DNA from: Trichoplax adhaerens
Lineage: Eukaryota; Animalia; Placozoa
Length of the DNA: 64,000 nt
Reading direction: 5' to 3'
NCBI RefSeq assembly: GCF_000150275.1
Contig: NW_002060949.1
Span: 1-64,000, forward strand
The notes beneath the pieces are model-generated. The model searched no databases, was not told the origin of the DNA, and saw only the letters and a list, made by a program, of their open reading frames with translations. The position numbers and the translations under genes are program-made. Below, piece after piece: positions 1-12,997 of the stretch. Every line of letters starts with the position of its first letter. Position 1 is the stretch's first letter.

Positions 1-147
1 ACTCGATATTTTTGTACTAATACCATTTATATTAATCTTTGATACCTGATACTCGTGATATTTATATTCACATAAAGTAGAGAGAATAATAATATCCTAA
101 TTATGTATTCGTATATGTATATATATATACTGTATGTGGACCCTTAC

Positions 148-3100
148 CTTCTGTACAATTGTTACCGGTCCATCCACTTGTACAAGTACAATTATATCCA
201 TTACCATTACCCTTACATGTTCCGTTATTACACGGATTAGGGTTACAATAATCTATAATTGCTGTATACGAATATATATATATATACATATAATTATATA
301 CACGTTAGTAAGTTAGAAAATATTAATTTTGTCTATTATCGATTACAGTAAGATAGAGTATGTGTATGTATTTCACATTGTATAATTAATTGTATTGATA
401 TTACACATGTGTAAGTAATATTCCTGTAATGTAGAAGACGCGAGTATACGCACGTATATAGATACATACCATTGGAACAATTAACTCCTGTCCATTGAGC
501 CATACATGTACAATTATACCCCATATTATTATTATTCACACAAGTTCCGTTATTATCGCATGGGTTCATACTACAATAATCTTGTATTACTATAATGAAT
601 TTATTGAATAATAAAAAATAGCATTAGCAGTTGTAAATTAATTTAATTCTATTCTGAGTCGAAGTTTAGTTATATCGTATTAACACACTAAAAAGTTATT
701 AAACATATTTAGAGTGTTTATATATTAAGACGCGATAATAAGATAAACAGATGATCATATTCGTATTCGTATACATCTACAATTATTAATGTTTATTCTT
801 AAATATATTTATACCTTGATCACAATTCTGTCCTGTATATCCTGAATAGCATGAGCATGTATGTCCACTTGCAGTTAATCGGCATTTTCCATTTACACAT
901 GGATTAGCGGTAATACACACACTGGGATCTATAAACAATATACCATATGTAAGTAGTAAAATCACTTGTATGTTATTTTGAAACCAATGAGGAAAGAGTC
1001 TTTGCATTCATATAATATTCTTAATATATAACATAATAAATTATTGAATAGACTGCAATATCATACTGTATTTATAGCATTATTATTTAAATATTGATTT
1101 AATAAAATAATTTATCCAATTTCGTTATAAGTAATCGTATTAGCTTCAACGAGACGATATTGCATAATAAATTAATAGATCGAACAGTAATGCACTCTTA
1201 ATACATGTTACGAAATTCTCTCGTAACGTTTTGACTACTGATAAAATATCTAATAAATTAATCACTTATACGTATAGATTGACGTTGTATTTAGCATCTA
1301 ACTGTATATCGTATATTGACTTAAATGTTAACATGAAATCCAATAAATAATAGACAGTTGCATAACAGTTATTGTACATTACAAAAACAGTATGTGTAAA
1401 GTATTCGTAAGCTGCCAAATAGAAAACTGTCATATACGAATACACATTGTGCAATAATAGATTAGATTTATTGATTATGATCAATTACGAAATTACCTTG
1501 ACATTCAACACCAATATCTTCTTTGTGGTCACAATCTGTGTTACTCCAACCCTTATTACCGCAATCTAGAATATTATATTCGTTCCCACTACATGATATT
1601 CCTTCTAACCAGATTGGTCCTGTCCCTTGACCTCCGAGATTCCCACAACATTGATATTTGACGAATCCTGTATATCCAAGTTGACGGCATGCGACACGTC
1701 CATCGCTTACACCGAAACCATCATGACATATCGTACCCCATTGATTATTATGATAAATTTCTAATCGTCCTTTATTGCTTGAAGAACCATCCACTAGCCT
1801 TAAATCTCCTTCCTGCCAGTTATATACAGCTACACGTACGTATCAAACAATGAATAGAGTAATAGCTTACTTAAACTGAGTAAACCTTGATTCTTAATAA
1901 TATGACTATTTCGTGCAATAGTATTACACAATAACTATCAAGTGTTGTTATATTTTTAACTACTTTCGAGGGCCCATAATCTTGTTAATTGCTACTCAGC
2001 TATTTAATTTATATTTTAACAACAACGAATCACCCATTACATTGTGAGCAATTGAAGCCTTTCCATTCTGTAGAACAATTGCAATTGTATCCTTGTAAAT
2101 TATTCGTACACTGTGCCCCATTTTGGCACGGGTTAGGATCACAGTAATTAACTAAAAGTAAAAAGGAAGGATAATAAATTCATAAAATTATTCGCATTTC
2201 GTGCAAGACCCTAAGGCAATTTTAAATAGCTAAAAATAATACATTAGTACGTTGATGTGCTAATGAAATTTTTATATAGTGCACAACAAATTAAATTTGT
2301 CGGATTGTCAATTGTACTGTAAAGTAATTTACCTTGAGTGCAATTACTACCAGTCCATCCAGGCATACAGGTGCAATTAAATCCATTGCTATTACTAAAG
2401 CAGGTACCATTATTGCATGGATTTGAATCGCAATAATCTATAATTTCTAAGTTTAAAATATATTTAAATTACATTTAATATTGAACTGGGCTATGAAGTA
2501 TAACAGTGGCATTGTCGCCATTTATATACAACATCAGTAGTACATCCGGCCCCGCATATGTAATATTCTTGTATAGCGAAAGTACGTAAAAACATGATTT
2601 TTAAAATTTACATTAATCTTCCAATATTCCACTTCGGATGCCTATCGCATCGACGTAAAACGTATAAGTAAACGTATAAGTATGGTAGCTATGTCTTGAT
2701 AGTCAAGCTACCGTTTTACTAAGACGTCCAACAAATCGATTATTCTATTGTAACGTTCTTATACAGTAAAGCCTAACAATCTTCGCTTTTAACTTTTTAA
2801 GTTCTATTACGACATGGGTTAGGATTACAGTAATCGGTAATCCCTATTTATCAAATAAATACAGCATTCCTGATTCAATTATTGCATTATTTTAGTTAAT
2901 ATTGGAGTAACGTAGGCAATTACAGTTCAGTTGAATACTGTATATCATGTCGGCTGGTACATACGAAAGCTGTCATTATATTAAGAATTTCCAATTATTA
3001 AATTTAATAAGAAGTAATCTATTAGAGCCACCGTTTATACCTACTATTACGACCAAACTATAAATTTAAACGTGTTATAGTTTCTAATAAAATGCCATAG

Positions 3101-5154
3101 TACTGGTACAAGAATACATACTAGATAAAAATAGAATATGATTTACCATTTGAACAATTGATACCCGTCCATCCGGACATGCAAGTACAATTATATCCGT
3201 TATTGTTGCTAATACACGATCCATTGATATTACACGGATTGGAACCACAATAGTTCACAGCTACAATACCGATAGTTAAAAAGAGATCAATTCAAAATGC
3301 TACCATATAGTAGATTACAGAGTATATCACCTCCAATCATTGAAAGCGAAATAAAGTGTCATAATCAGGCAGTGCGGATTGATTATGCCCTTTAGCAAAA
3401 CTGCCAATAGTTACCTTCCGAACAATTTAGTCCTGTCCATCCTGTCATACAGGTACAATTATAACCGTTACCGTCGTTAATGCAGATCCCACTATTGGCA
3501 CAAGGCTTTGAAATGCAATGGTCTATTAAGACTATAGATTATAAACAGATAGATTTATCAATGTTCTGTTTTGATTGATAAAGTAGAGTTATATGCGAGA
3601 AACCGATCCAAATGATGTAATATAGTAGGATACATGGACCTCTACTGCCTCTAATACTTCAAAGTAGAATAAGATAGCAACACATGATAGGTTTATGCAG
3701 AAATAAATAGCGTGACTTACCATCTGAACAATTAAACCCAGTCCATTCCGTCATACACGTACAATTATATCCGTTGCTGTTATTAATACAGGTCCCATTA
3801 TTGGCGCACGGTTTGGAAATGCAATAGTCTACTAAAGCTATACAATAATAGAGAGAGAGAGAGAGAGAACATGTTAAGTGAAATATAGTACGGTACTTGC
3901 AAATGATGAAAGCTGTCGTAGTCGAGCTTTGAGCTTTCAGTAATCCTCCACTTCTAGGTTCAGTATTAATTACTCCCTGAACCGAAAATTTCTGTAGTCA
4001 CAAAGAGCGCCACATATAGAAAAGGCTACTTTTGCTTTGCTATGCACTCAACACATTCCTAGTCGGATGTTCCGCAACACAGTATAACCCCTTGACTTAA
4101 AAAAACTGAGTAAAATACAAGTATAGAACTGTATAATTAATTAATATACTACACGATCGTAACTTGACTAAAACTCGCGAATAGCAAAGCCAACAAACGC
4201 GTTACTTGTAAAACTGAGCCACTGATTTCTATGTCTATGTTATTATAGTTATCTCTTACTTAGGTGTGGATTAGGCTAATGACTAAATCTTACAGCATGT
4301 TTGCAGTAAGTTCCTGACTTTTTATCACACACAAATTTTAATATTAGTACTTTAATAAGAATGGCATTACATAACTCTCAAGGTCGCTTGACACACTGTG
4401 CCGCTACAAACTTGAACAAAATAGTAATAGCAGCAAGAACATATTTCGCAGTTTGCAGCATTAGTATGAAACCAGAAGTTGTACAACATGGATTATTTAA
4501 TTTAACGAGACTAGAAAATAAAATGGTGAAGATAAGAGAGTGGTTAACCTTGATCGCAATCCTGTCCTGTATAATCGGGATATCAAGAACAGGTAAGGCC
4601 ACCTGCTGTTAGTCGGCACGTGCCATTAACTACTATATTTATCTACAGTATACGTGCCTCGAGAAGGACTGCATTGAAATACGACAATCAAATTCACACC
4701 CTCAACAGTAAAAACGCAGAAATCTATCATATATTCGTATGCTGCACTAGAATTAAACGTTTAGCCATCAATACTTGCTTAATCTCCTACTGTTAGAAGA
4801 TTACTGATGTTCTCGTTATTAATTAATAGTAATTGCAGTAATTAACCAGAATACATGTATTATTATGATTTTAACCATTGTATTTTGTGATACTTAGATC
4901 CTGTATATTGTGCAGGCTATACAGTACTTACCGTTTGACGTTGTAATAAATGATATAAACGCAACAATCACCTGTAAAGTGTAAATAAATAAATAACACG
5001 CGTGTATTAGTACTTTAGGCCGGAAATTTTTTTCAAGCCTGCATTACACTAGCAACAAACAAAAATATATCTTTTATAGCTATACAATACATACCAGAAG
5101 TACTTGCAATGTTGTCACATTGAAAAGTTTCCTTTTCCATAAAAAGCTGGCCAT
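148..5154 (-). CDS. Secreted/membrane EGF-repeat + SRCR domain protein (5' part; continues beyond left edge of window)
   Basis: Exons with GT-AG boundaries, read on the minus strand. 5154-5095 and 4971-4932 encode MASFLWKRKLFNVTTLQVLL|VIVAFISFITTSN (signal peptide or anchor). Phase-1/phase-1 EGF exons follow at 3837-3721, 3531-3415, 3260-3147, 2446-2333 and 2151-2041, then the SRCR exon 1829-1497 and EGF exons 928-815, 589-470 and 261-148. Each EGF has 6 Cys in the DYC..NPC.N.G.C.....GYNC.C..GWTG.NC pattern, with many NxT/S sequons. Confidence 0.9.
1497..1829 (-). CDS. SRCR (group A scavenger receptor cysteine-rich) domain exon of the EGF/SRCR gene
   Basis: LRLVDGSSSNKGRLEIYHNNQWGTICHDGF...VACRQLGY...GQGTGPIWLEGISCSGNE..I.DC...GW....C.HKEDIGVEC matches the canonical SRCR pattern. 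333-nt phase-1 exon. Confidence 0.95.
2797..2843 (-). pseudogene. Truncated/decayed EGF exon remnant in an intron
   Basis: taaatag|GG ATT ACC GAT TAC TGT AAT CCT AAC CCA TGT CGT AAT AGA ACT TAA = (x)ITDYCNPNPCRNRT*. It closely matches the start of the 261-148 EGF exon (IIDYCNPNPCNN), then stops. Confidence 0.75.
3851..3868. repeat. (GA)9 microsatellite
   Basis: gagagagagagagagaga; on the minus strand it forms the polypyrimidine tract of the first EGF exon acceptor. Confidence 0.9.
4523..4592 (+). other. Orphan signal-peptide-like first exon, antisense within intron 2 of the EGF/SRCR gene
   Basis: ATG-initiated MVKIREWLTLIAILSCIIGISRT followed by the phase-1 donor ACAG|GTAAGG. Classic n/h/c signal-peptide layout. 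Confidence 0.5.
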
Positions 5155-8100
5155 TACGGTAAGCCGTATTGATTAAATCTTTTACGGAAAGTCAATAGAA
5201 CATTTCCCGTTAATTTAACTAGTTAATGATTATTACCTATGAATTTACCGATTTTTAAAGTATCTTGCATGCATGCACATTTACGTATGAGTAAGGCGAT
5301 TAAAACAAATCACAAAATCTATGACCAACTTTAATCAATTAGTGATGAAAAGACGCTTGATTAATTAATTATTTATCAATAACTATTCGCAGGCACTAAA
5401 ACACATGCATACAGTAATCGTTACCGATGATGATTATATCAATAAGCAGGCAAACTTGAAGTAAGGCTTTACTGACCGCTTCATTTAGGTCTCTACCGTA
5501 AGTTAATATACGTTGTACTAGTTCAGATGTGCAATATGCAAACTCCAACGCGATACATGTAGATCCGAAAAAGAATCGTGTGGTATTACCGAAGAGGAAA
5601 AAATTCCATGAAGTGAATATCGCCATAGAAATCTTAAGTTTAATCTGCCTGCACCATGATATGTACTCAATATTAGAATCATGTTGTATTGGTTTTGGTA
5701 CAAGCTCGATCTGATCAAATTAATGGAAGGATTTGATGAATTGTAATTGAATAGCACAGAGAAACAGCTCACTAAACTGTCAAGAAAATTTGAGACACTA
5801 AAATTCACCCAACTGACATCTAGGTAAAAATCTCTCTATGTGCGTGCTTATCATACGATATATGTATGCGAATACAGCAAGGACATAATGTCCACGCTAT
5901 TGTAGTAATGCACCCATATTTGATTATACGGATAGCTATATTTGATATAGTTAGTTGCTTTGAATAGATATTACCCGTGAAGCTAATATTAGGTTATTAC
6001 TAACTACTATATTAGAAATTGTTGATGACTAATAGTAGCCAGTTGAGTAATTATGGTTTAAGATTTATGCAGTTAGAAACGCTGTAGTTGTTAAGATACC
6101 CTTCGGAGAAAGGGCCTAGACGTTAACAGAAGAGTAGTGATATCTTAAGTAGAATGATTTAGATTGTAGAAAAGAATGATATACTATAAGAGAAAAGTAT
6201 TTGGTTTGATGACTCATGTCTGATTGTAGATTAATCAAGTTGTCATAAATGGATTTAACGAAATGTTTATAAGAACTGCGGAGATGAGCTCATAGGAGAG
6301 AAGAGATTTCACTTCGCTTTGAGCTCGGAATACTTTAGATTTTGGACTGGATTTTTGTAGTAGTTAATTATTGCTCTACTATTCCTAAAACCTTGTAATA
6401 AAAGCCTTTTAAAAAATACCATTTGACTAGATAGTTATTCTGAGGCGCATTTATTACAGTTATAAATGAAAATTACTGTCGCAGTAACGACTTTTGCAAT
6501 AAAATTATTAAATTAATAAAGCAAGGCGTAAAAAATAAAATCATTCAAATTAAAAATAATTAAAAATTGCTTTACATTTTAGCCCGATGATAATAACCTT
6601 GATAGGTTAATCGTACCAGGCGACGTAACTTTCACGCTTACGGATACCGTTTAGTATAATATTTTGATAGTAGTCACTTTTAAGGTCAGGAACAACCTAT
6701 TATTGTTATAAAATTTTGTCAGTTTACATATACGCTCACGTATTACAAAATAAGATTAATAGTGGCATCACTGGACTGAGTGTTACGGCTATTATGATTA
6801 CCTGTAATACTTTAAGCGTAGAATAAGACGGAACTAAGGATAACTTTTGTTTTTTAGATCATCAGATATAAACCCTTTAGAAGGAAATTATAACATAATT
6901 AGTTCGTCAATAAATTCCTTCAGTATGTCGTTAACAGGAGTGTTACTACTAATTTATTATCATTAAATTTTTAAAAGCAGGCTATTGGGCTCTTTTTAAG
7001 TAGCTGAAGTTTAAATAAATAGGAAATTAAATCGTTGCGTAAATAGAAAGCAATGGTGAAGACATCAAATCAAAAATTGCTCAACGTACCTGCAGTTTCA
7101 GCTATACCACTGAATCCACGGCTTATCACAAGTAAGTCTCATGATGTAATTCAAACTGTTTTATATATACGCCAATATACATTATACAACCATATCCTCG
7201 CACCGACTTCCTCTAGTATCTGGCATGCATAGAATATTATTGCATATGCATACACAATGCTATCCATAGCTAGACTTTATAAGCTCTGCTAAGCCTACTG
7301 ATCTTCTTCAGATTATGCTGCTGCATGAGCATGGGTGTCAGCAATTGCCAAATTAATTAAATTACTTTATAATGAGGATACAATGATATAAAGTAACATT
7401 TGCATTAATCAAAGTACATATATGATGTTACATTGGAGCAATATTATAGCATCTTGCAAGCTACAGCGTGTATTATTTGTACCTACACACATAATAATGG
7501 TAATCAAATAGTATCCATTATGATTTGAGGTTATATTAGTTATTCATACAAACGTTATTCATAAAGCTTTTCTCCAGTCAAAACCCTTACCCAGTTTTGC
7601 AGCTCTGCTCAGTGCATATTAATTAAGCGATTACCTGCAAGTTAGTTCATTAAAAGCAATAGGTCACTCCATTGTTCTCCTGTTCATAACATTTAATAGC
7701 TTAAAACCATTATAATGTATTTATTTATTTTTTAATTTTCGATCATAACAATTAAAAATAATTAAAAATTACAATAACTATAAAATTGAGTAAATAAACA
7801 CATGGTTTGCTATTCTTACATTCGTTACTGGTAATTAAAATAATCAATTAACATAATGCAAAATTTTGCAATATTGAGGGTAATACGATAGATAAAAAAA
7901 TCTCATTATAGAGTACAACCCCTCATAAAAATATCTGAACTTAAATCTTCGTATTCAATCCATGCATCTAGTCGTCAAAAAATCCTATTCAATAACGGTA
8001 AGCAAACTTGTTCATAATCGATAAGCGAAATTTTTAAAATTACTTCAATACATAATTATCTATTTTCGATGAATCTCTTAAGGCTACTTCGATATTTTTA

Positions 8101-11100
8101 TCCTTAAATCAAGATTTAGGCATAGTACATTATAAAGTATTACTATGATGACATTAAAAAATTTCTAGCTACTGTTTAGCACTACATCATTACAATTTTT
8201 GTCGTCGCAAGAAAGCGTCCCCATAATATTTATAAGAAAAAATTGTATGAGTATTGCTAATATAATGTATTCTACTTAGTTAGTTTGGCTATTTAAGCTT
8301 CAAAAATTAGTTTCTGCCAGCAAAATGTTTATGATACATTGCTGAGATATCAACCGATCGATTGTAGTACTATAACTCTACAGGAATGATTTTAACGCAT
8401 CATGCATTCTTGACAATGTTAGCCAAATAGCTTAAATCTATCCATATCCTTTCTGCTAAAACTTAGTATCATGTGCGTGGTGAGTAAAATTACTAATAAG
8501 TAATAAAATTATTTTTAGCAATGGTAAGTGATACCATTAATTAGTTTACGAAATATTCTTGAATGGCACAACTTCGTAAAAATGTTCGTTCATATCGCAG
8601 CAGGTATCAATCCCCTTTTAATTAAAAATAATAAATACAGCATTCTTAGGGAGGGGTTCTATGCATAACTAACGATAGATGGTATGGGTCTGCAACCATC
8701 ATAAAGGTGATGTTTACTTTAATTAAACAGATCTAAGACAAAAGAAGACATTCAAATAAAAGTTAAGAATGATAATTACGAAGTTAATTGCAGATTGCCA
8801 AGTGGTATTGCGACTTATTATCTTTAAATTGTTATCTCAATCACATCACAAAGTGCACATTGCGCTGTTTTAAGAAGGCAAAGGTTAATCAGCAGTTAAA
8901 TCATCCAGCCATAGGTAGTAGGATCCATATATTATTTTATTAAATCTACAAAGATAACTATTTATAATTAGGAGAATTTTAATGACGATATGTAGCGTTA
9001 TGAATCACTTAAAATAGGCAATTTGAGAAGATTTATGACTGATAGTGTAATTGAAATCCAATGAAGAAGAGGCTTAATTGGGCATGATTATGCAATAACT
9101 TTCCATTACTGTGTACTGGTTTGCGTGACTGTTATCATGCAATTCATTATATTGAAGTGGAAAGATGCTTACACTGCACTGCAAAGATCAGCGTAATTAC
9201 TATCAACTATTCACTTGTACTAAGGACGGTTCTGTATGCTTATGCCATTTGATATAGTAAAACTTGACTTAAATGAAAAAGTTGCATCAAACAGTAATCC
9301 AAAACTAAATATATAATTATGTTATTAGCATTACATAACTCATCACATTTAGATATCTCTTAAATAACATTTTGTATACTGCATTTAATTACAATTATTT
9401 ATTATGCTACCTGCAATTTCCTGCAATTAGTGTTTACGCAAGTTACTTTTATTTTTGTTACTTACGCGTATTAACGCATTACGATAGTAATTGCTACATG
9501 CAACAATTAAGAAAAAAAAATTAGCTTACATAAATATTTCAATCCTATTCAGACGTAATACAAATCAAAACTACTAAAGCAGTTATCTTAAATAGGTCTA
9601 TCGATGTTATGGAAATAAAATTCCTTTTTAGAGTTTTACATAGGATAATGCAGATTACAAACATCATATTCTAAGGAATATGCAAATATACAGCGATATT
9701 GTTATTAACAAAATGATATATTGCGTTTTGCCTAAAATTGAACATAGCCTCAGTGATAGTAAATAAATGATATCGTTTATATTTAAACAAGTTGATAGAC
9801 CAGTGCAATAAGAAACTATTTCTAATTTATGTGACAGTGATACATTCTTCCCTATACTGTATATCATGGGATTGGCAAAGATTTTACAGTATATGCAAGA
9901 GTTGTCATTTTTTCATGCATTAAAAATTATTACACTACTCATAACCCAATCGAATAGTATGATAGTTGAAATTATTGGGAAGGAATAACATACGTACAAT
10001 AGTACCACCATTGATTTGATATTCTAGGAAGGTACTTAGTAAATTGCTATGTATCAAAACTGTGCATGGTAGTACAGTAGTTAACTTTGGTTCTATGCGT
10101 TGCAGAAATCTAATTGAAATTATCATAGAACATCAAACAAACGTAGGACAGATATGGTACGTATCAGGTTCACCCTTTGTAATCCTAAATCTCCTACGTA
10201 ATTGAGTGCATACCATTGTTGACAATTTGTTGGTTCAACGATATCTTAATTAAGCAGCATTATCAATATTATTCGACGTAATAATCCAATCGAATTTTAA
10301 AAGCTACTCAAATTACAATCGAATGCTACTAAAAAGAACTTCTGCCTACCTCAAGTCCCTAATGTGCATACGCTGGAATAAATATTAAATAAGTAATCAA
10401 CGATGTAAATAAATGAAGCTGCGAGCTAGAGCAGTTTTTGATATCAACAAAGAATTTAGATATTTAATCACTTTTGCGTATTTTACTAATGACCTCAGTC
10501 TGAATTATCTATCGTCAACGGCTTTAATAATTGAATATTAAGAATTAATTTTGATGTTAAATTTGCTCATCTGCAGCTTATTATTTCCAGATTGATAGGT
10601 AAATATCTTATGTTTCCAGAGTTGAACGATGACATTCATGCAAATTTATTAAAAACGCTTGAAAAGGCTGACTATAACTGATGACCTTTCAAGCTTTTTA
10701 CTGAAATTGAATTTTAATTCCGATAGTAATGAAATAAATTAGATTTCTAGGCCATAAAGACTCTCTTAAATTATTGTTAGTGAAGCGGCAATGGTAACCG
10801 TTGTGTTTCCACTCTTAGTCGTTAACGTTAGCACGAGGAACTTTGATACACTCCTACTAGTAAGCTTACTGATCTCTTTTATTTAGGATTTACTGCATTT
10901 AAATAGTATAGCTGTAATGGCGTATTATACCCTTATCTTAGTAATTCATTACCTTATCTTATGCTAACACGTTAGGTGCAGTACAACAAGTTACTGTATT
11001 CTTACATACATAACAATATCTTTTTTAAAAATAATAATATAGAAACTAATAGATACACGTATTACATAATATTGTACTCTCATCCTTTATTGCAGTAAAG

Positions 11101-11944
11101 CAGAATTAATTGCGTGAAAGATTGATTGATTGCATGGCTGTACGTGATCATGGTGTAAAAGGTGAATATGTATTTATCGGAATTTCGGAATCAAAAGCTA
11201 GTTTCTATTGATAATGATGTAAACGATAATTTTTACAATTACTATCCATATAGCGATCAATCAATGATGGGCAAAATTGAATACCAGTGTGAAACTTCTG
11301 ATGTCAAATTATAGCTAAGCGATAATGTAAAGATGAATGGTGAAAATGACCGACTGATGATTGCATGTCATACGGTCATAGGTATATCCGAATTGGACCC
11401 GGCTTAGTAAAATATTATTCTGCAGCTACTATTTTATTATTAAGTTAACTATACGGAGAAAATTAGCACGGCTAGCAAAGACGATAGGATTATCCTGTAT
11501 TGAACAAAAGTGGGTAATTATGCCAAATTTGCCGTTGTCAATTTGTCCAACAATTTGATATCACAGTTGTGTACTTAGGTAAGAATTCCCAGGATATTTT
11601 TTGCAGTGAAGATGATTAGTAAAAATGGACCAAAGATGAATTAAAAGTGCAATGAGTACCGCAATACCTTAAAAAGTAAAAGGTACTAAAAAATAATAAT
11701 TATGAAGCTCATCTTTATGGCAATCGGTTCGCCAAAGCAACCATAAATTACGACCACTGCCGGGTCCTAATCATGACTTACAGTATTGGTTGAGTCTTCT
11801 GCCCATGAGTCATCGCTTGAAGCCGCGTGTCCTTCTAAAAGACTCATTATTATTATTATTACTATCACTAGAATGATTCACCAATCCTGGGTGCGGTAGG
11901 TAACGTGATCATGACGAATCGATCAGGGTGTCGCCACGCGAAAC

Positions 11945-12695
11945 GGTCTACAGTACTGTTCAATACAGGATTGTACTGTACACTGTAGACTGTACGGTAC
12001 AGTACAGTACACTGTACTGTAAGTTTTGACTTACAGGACAGTAGAGTCTTGAAGTCGGTAAGGACAGCCTGTAGGAAAAGTCTCCAGTACAGTTTTACTG
12101 TACTGTACTGTATTTTCTACAGTACAATTCTGTACTGTAGAAAAAAAATCGACATTTGTACTGTACAGTACTGTACTGTAGAAAGGCTTTTGCAGAAGTC
12201 GATTTGCTTACTCTCTCAATTTAGTGACTAAAATACTGTACTGTACCTTACTGTACTGTACTGTACGGTACTGTACACTGTACATTACAGTATGTAAGTG
12301 TAAACCAGTTCGAATCAGAGTACTTTAAGGTGCCCTAAAATCACGAGAGTGAATCAAAATGTAAAAAAAATTATACGAATATAAAGCTGAATAACTATAT
12401 GTATAGAATTTTAGGCAAATTTTGCAGCTTTACTACAATTTATTTTGCCTAATAGCACTCTAAAGAAAACTGGCTCACATCGCTGTACAGTGTACAGTAC
12501 TGTAAGAGTACTGTATTACTACAGTACTAAAATACTGTACTGTACCGTATGTACTGTACTGTAGTTACCGTACTGCACTGTAGTTTCTCGAACCGATACA
12601 GTAGTACAGTATTACAGTATACAGTACTATTATACTGCAAGAGTACTGTACAGTATTACTACAGTATATTGGCGAGATTTTTAATACTGTACTAT
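11945..12695. repeat. Dense (TACTG/CAGTA)n, TAC(A/T)GTA quasi-palindromic repeat field upstream of MPDZ
   Basis: Many copies of tactgtac/gtacagta, e.g. 11972-12020, 12097-12180, 12233-12292 and 12484-12690. Internal direct repeats include ctaaaatactgtactgtacc (~12228, ~12526). Confidence 0.85.
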
Positions 12696-12997
12696 TATTG
12701 ATAGTTTTCAAAGCTGTGATAACAGTCTGCGTTTTTGAAGAAGCGTTCAAAAAAGGAGCAATTGCCTTTAAGTCAAAGGTGTTCTATCATAATACATCAA
12801 TTGCTACCTTCTATTTTCTTTCAAATGGCTGACTAAATCAGCTCTTAGCTTTCTCTCAATACTCTACTGTACACTTTCTCAAACTGTTGTTTGACCAACG
12901 ATTAATCCTGTATCAAGTTAAGTCAGTTTTTACGAGCACTTGAATTAATTATCATTCCAATTTTACGTGACCGATAAATCGAACATCATCATCAAGT

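Noticed and set aside
5529-5714. Insulin-like peptide reading (KRKK ... SILESCC)
   Set aside because: Lacks the remaining A-chain (CCxxxCx8C) and B-chain cysteines; not supportable as insulin.
11945-12695. CRISPR-like or satellite interpretation of the repeat field
   Set aside because: No constant repeat with unique spacers and no fixed long unit; eukaryotic context.
12049-12750. ORFs 12049-12231 and 12565-12750 (TVLYC/YSTV-rich)
   Set aside because: Translations of the TACTG repeat, not proteins.
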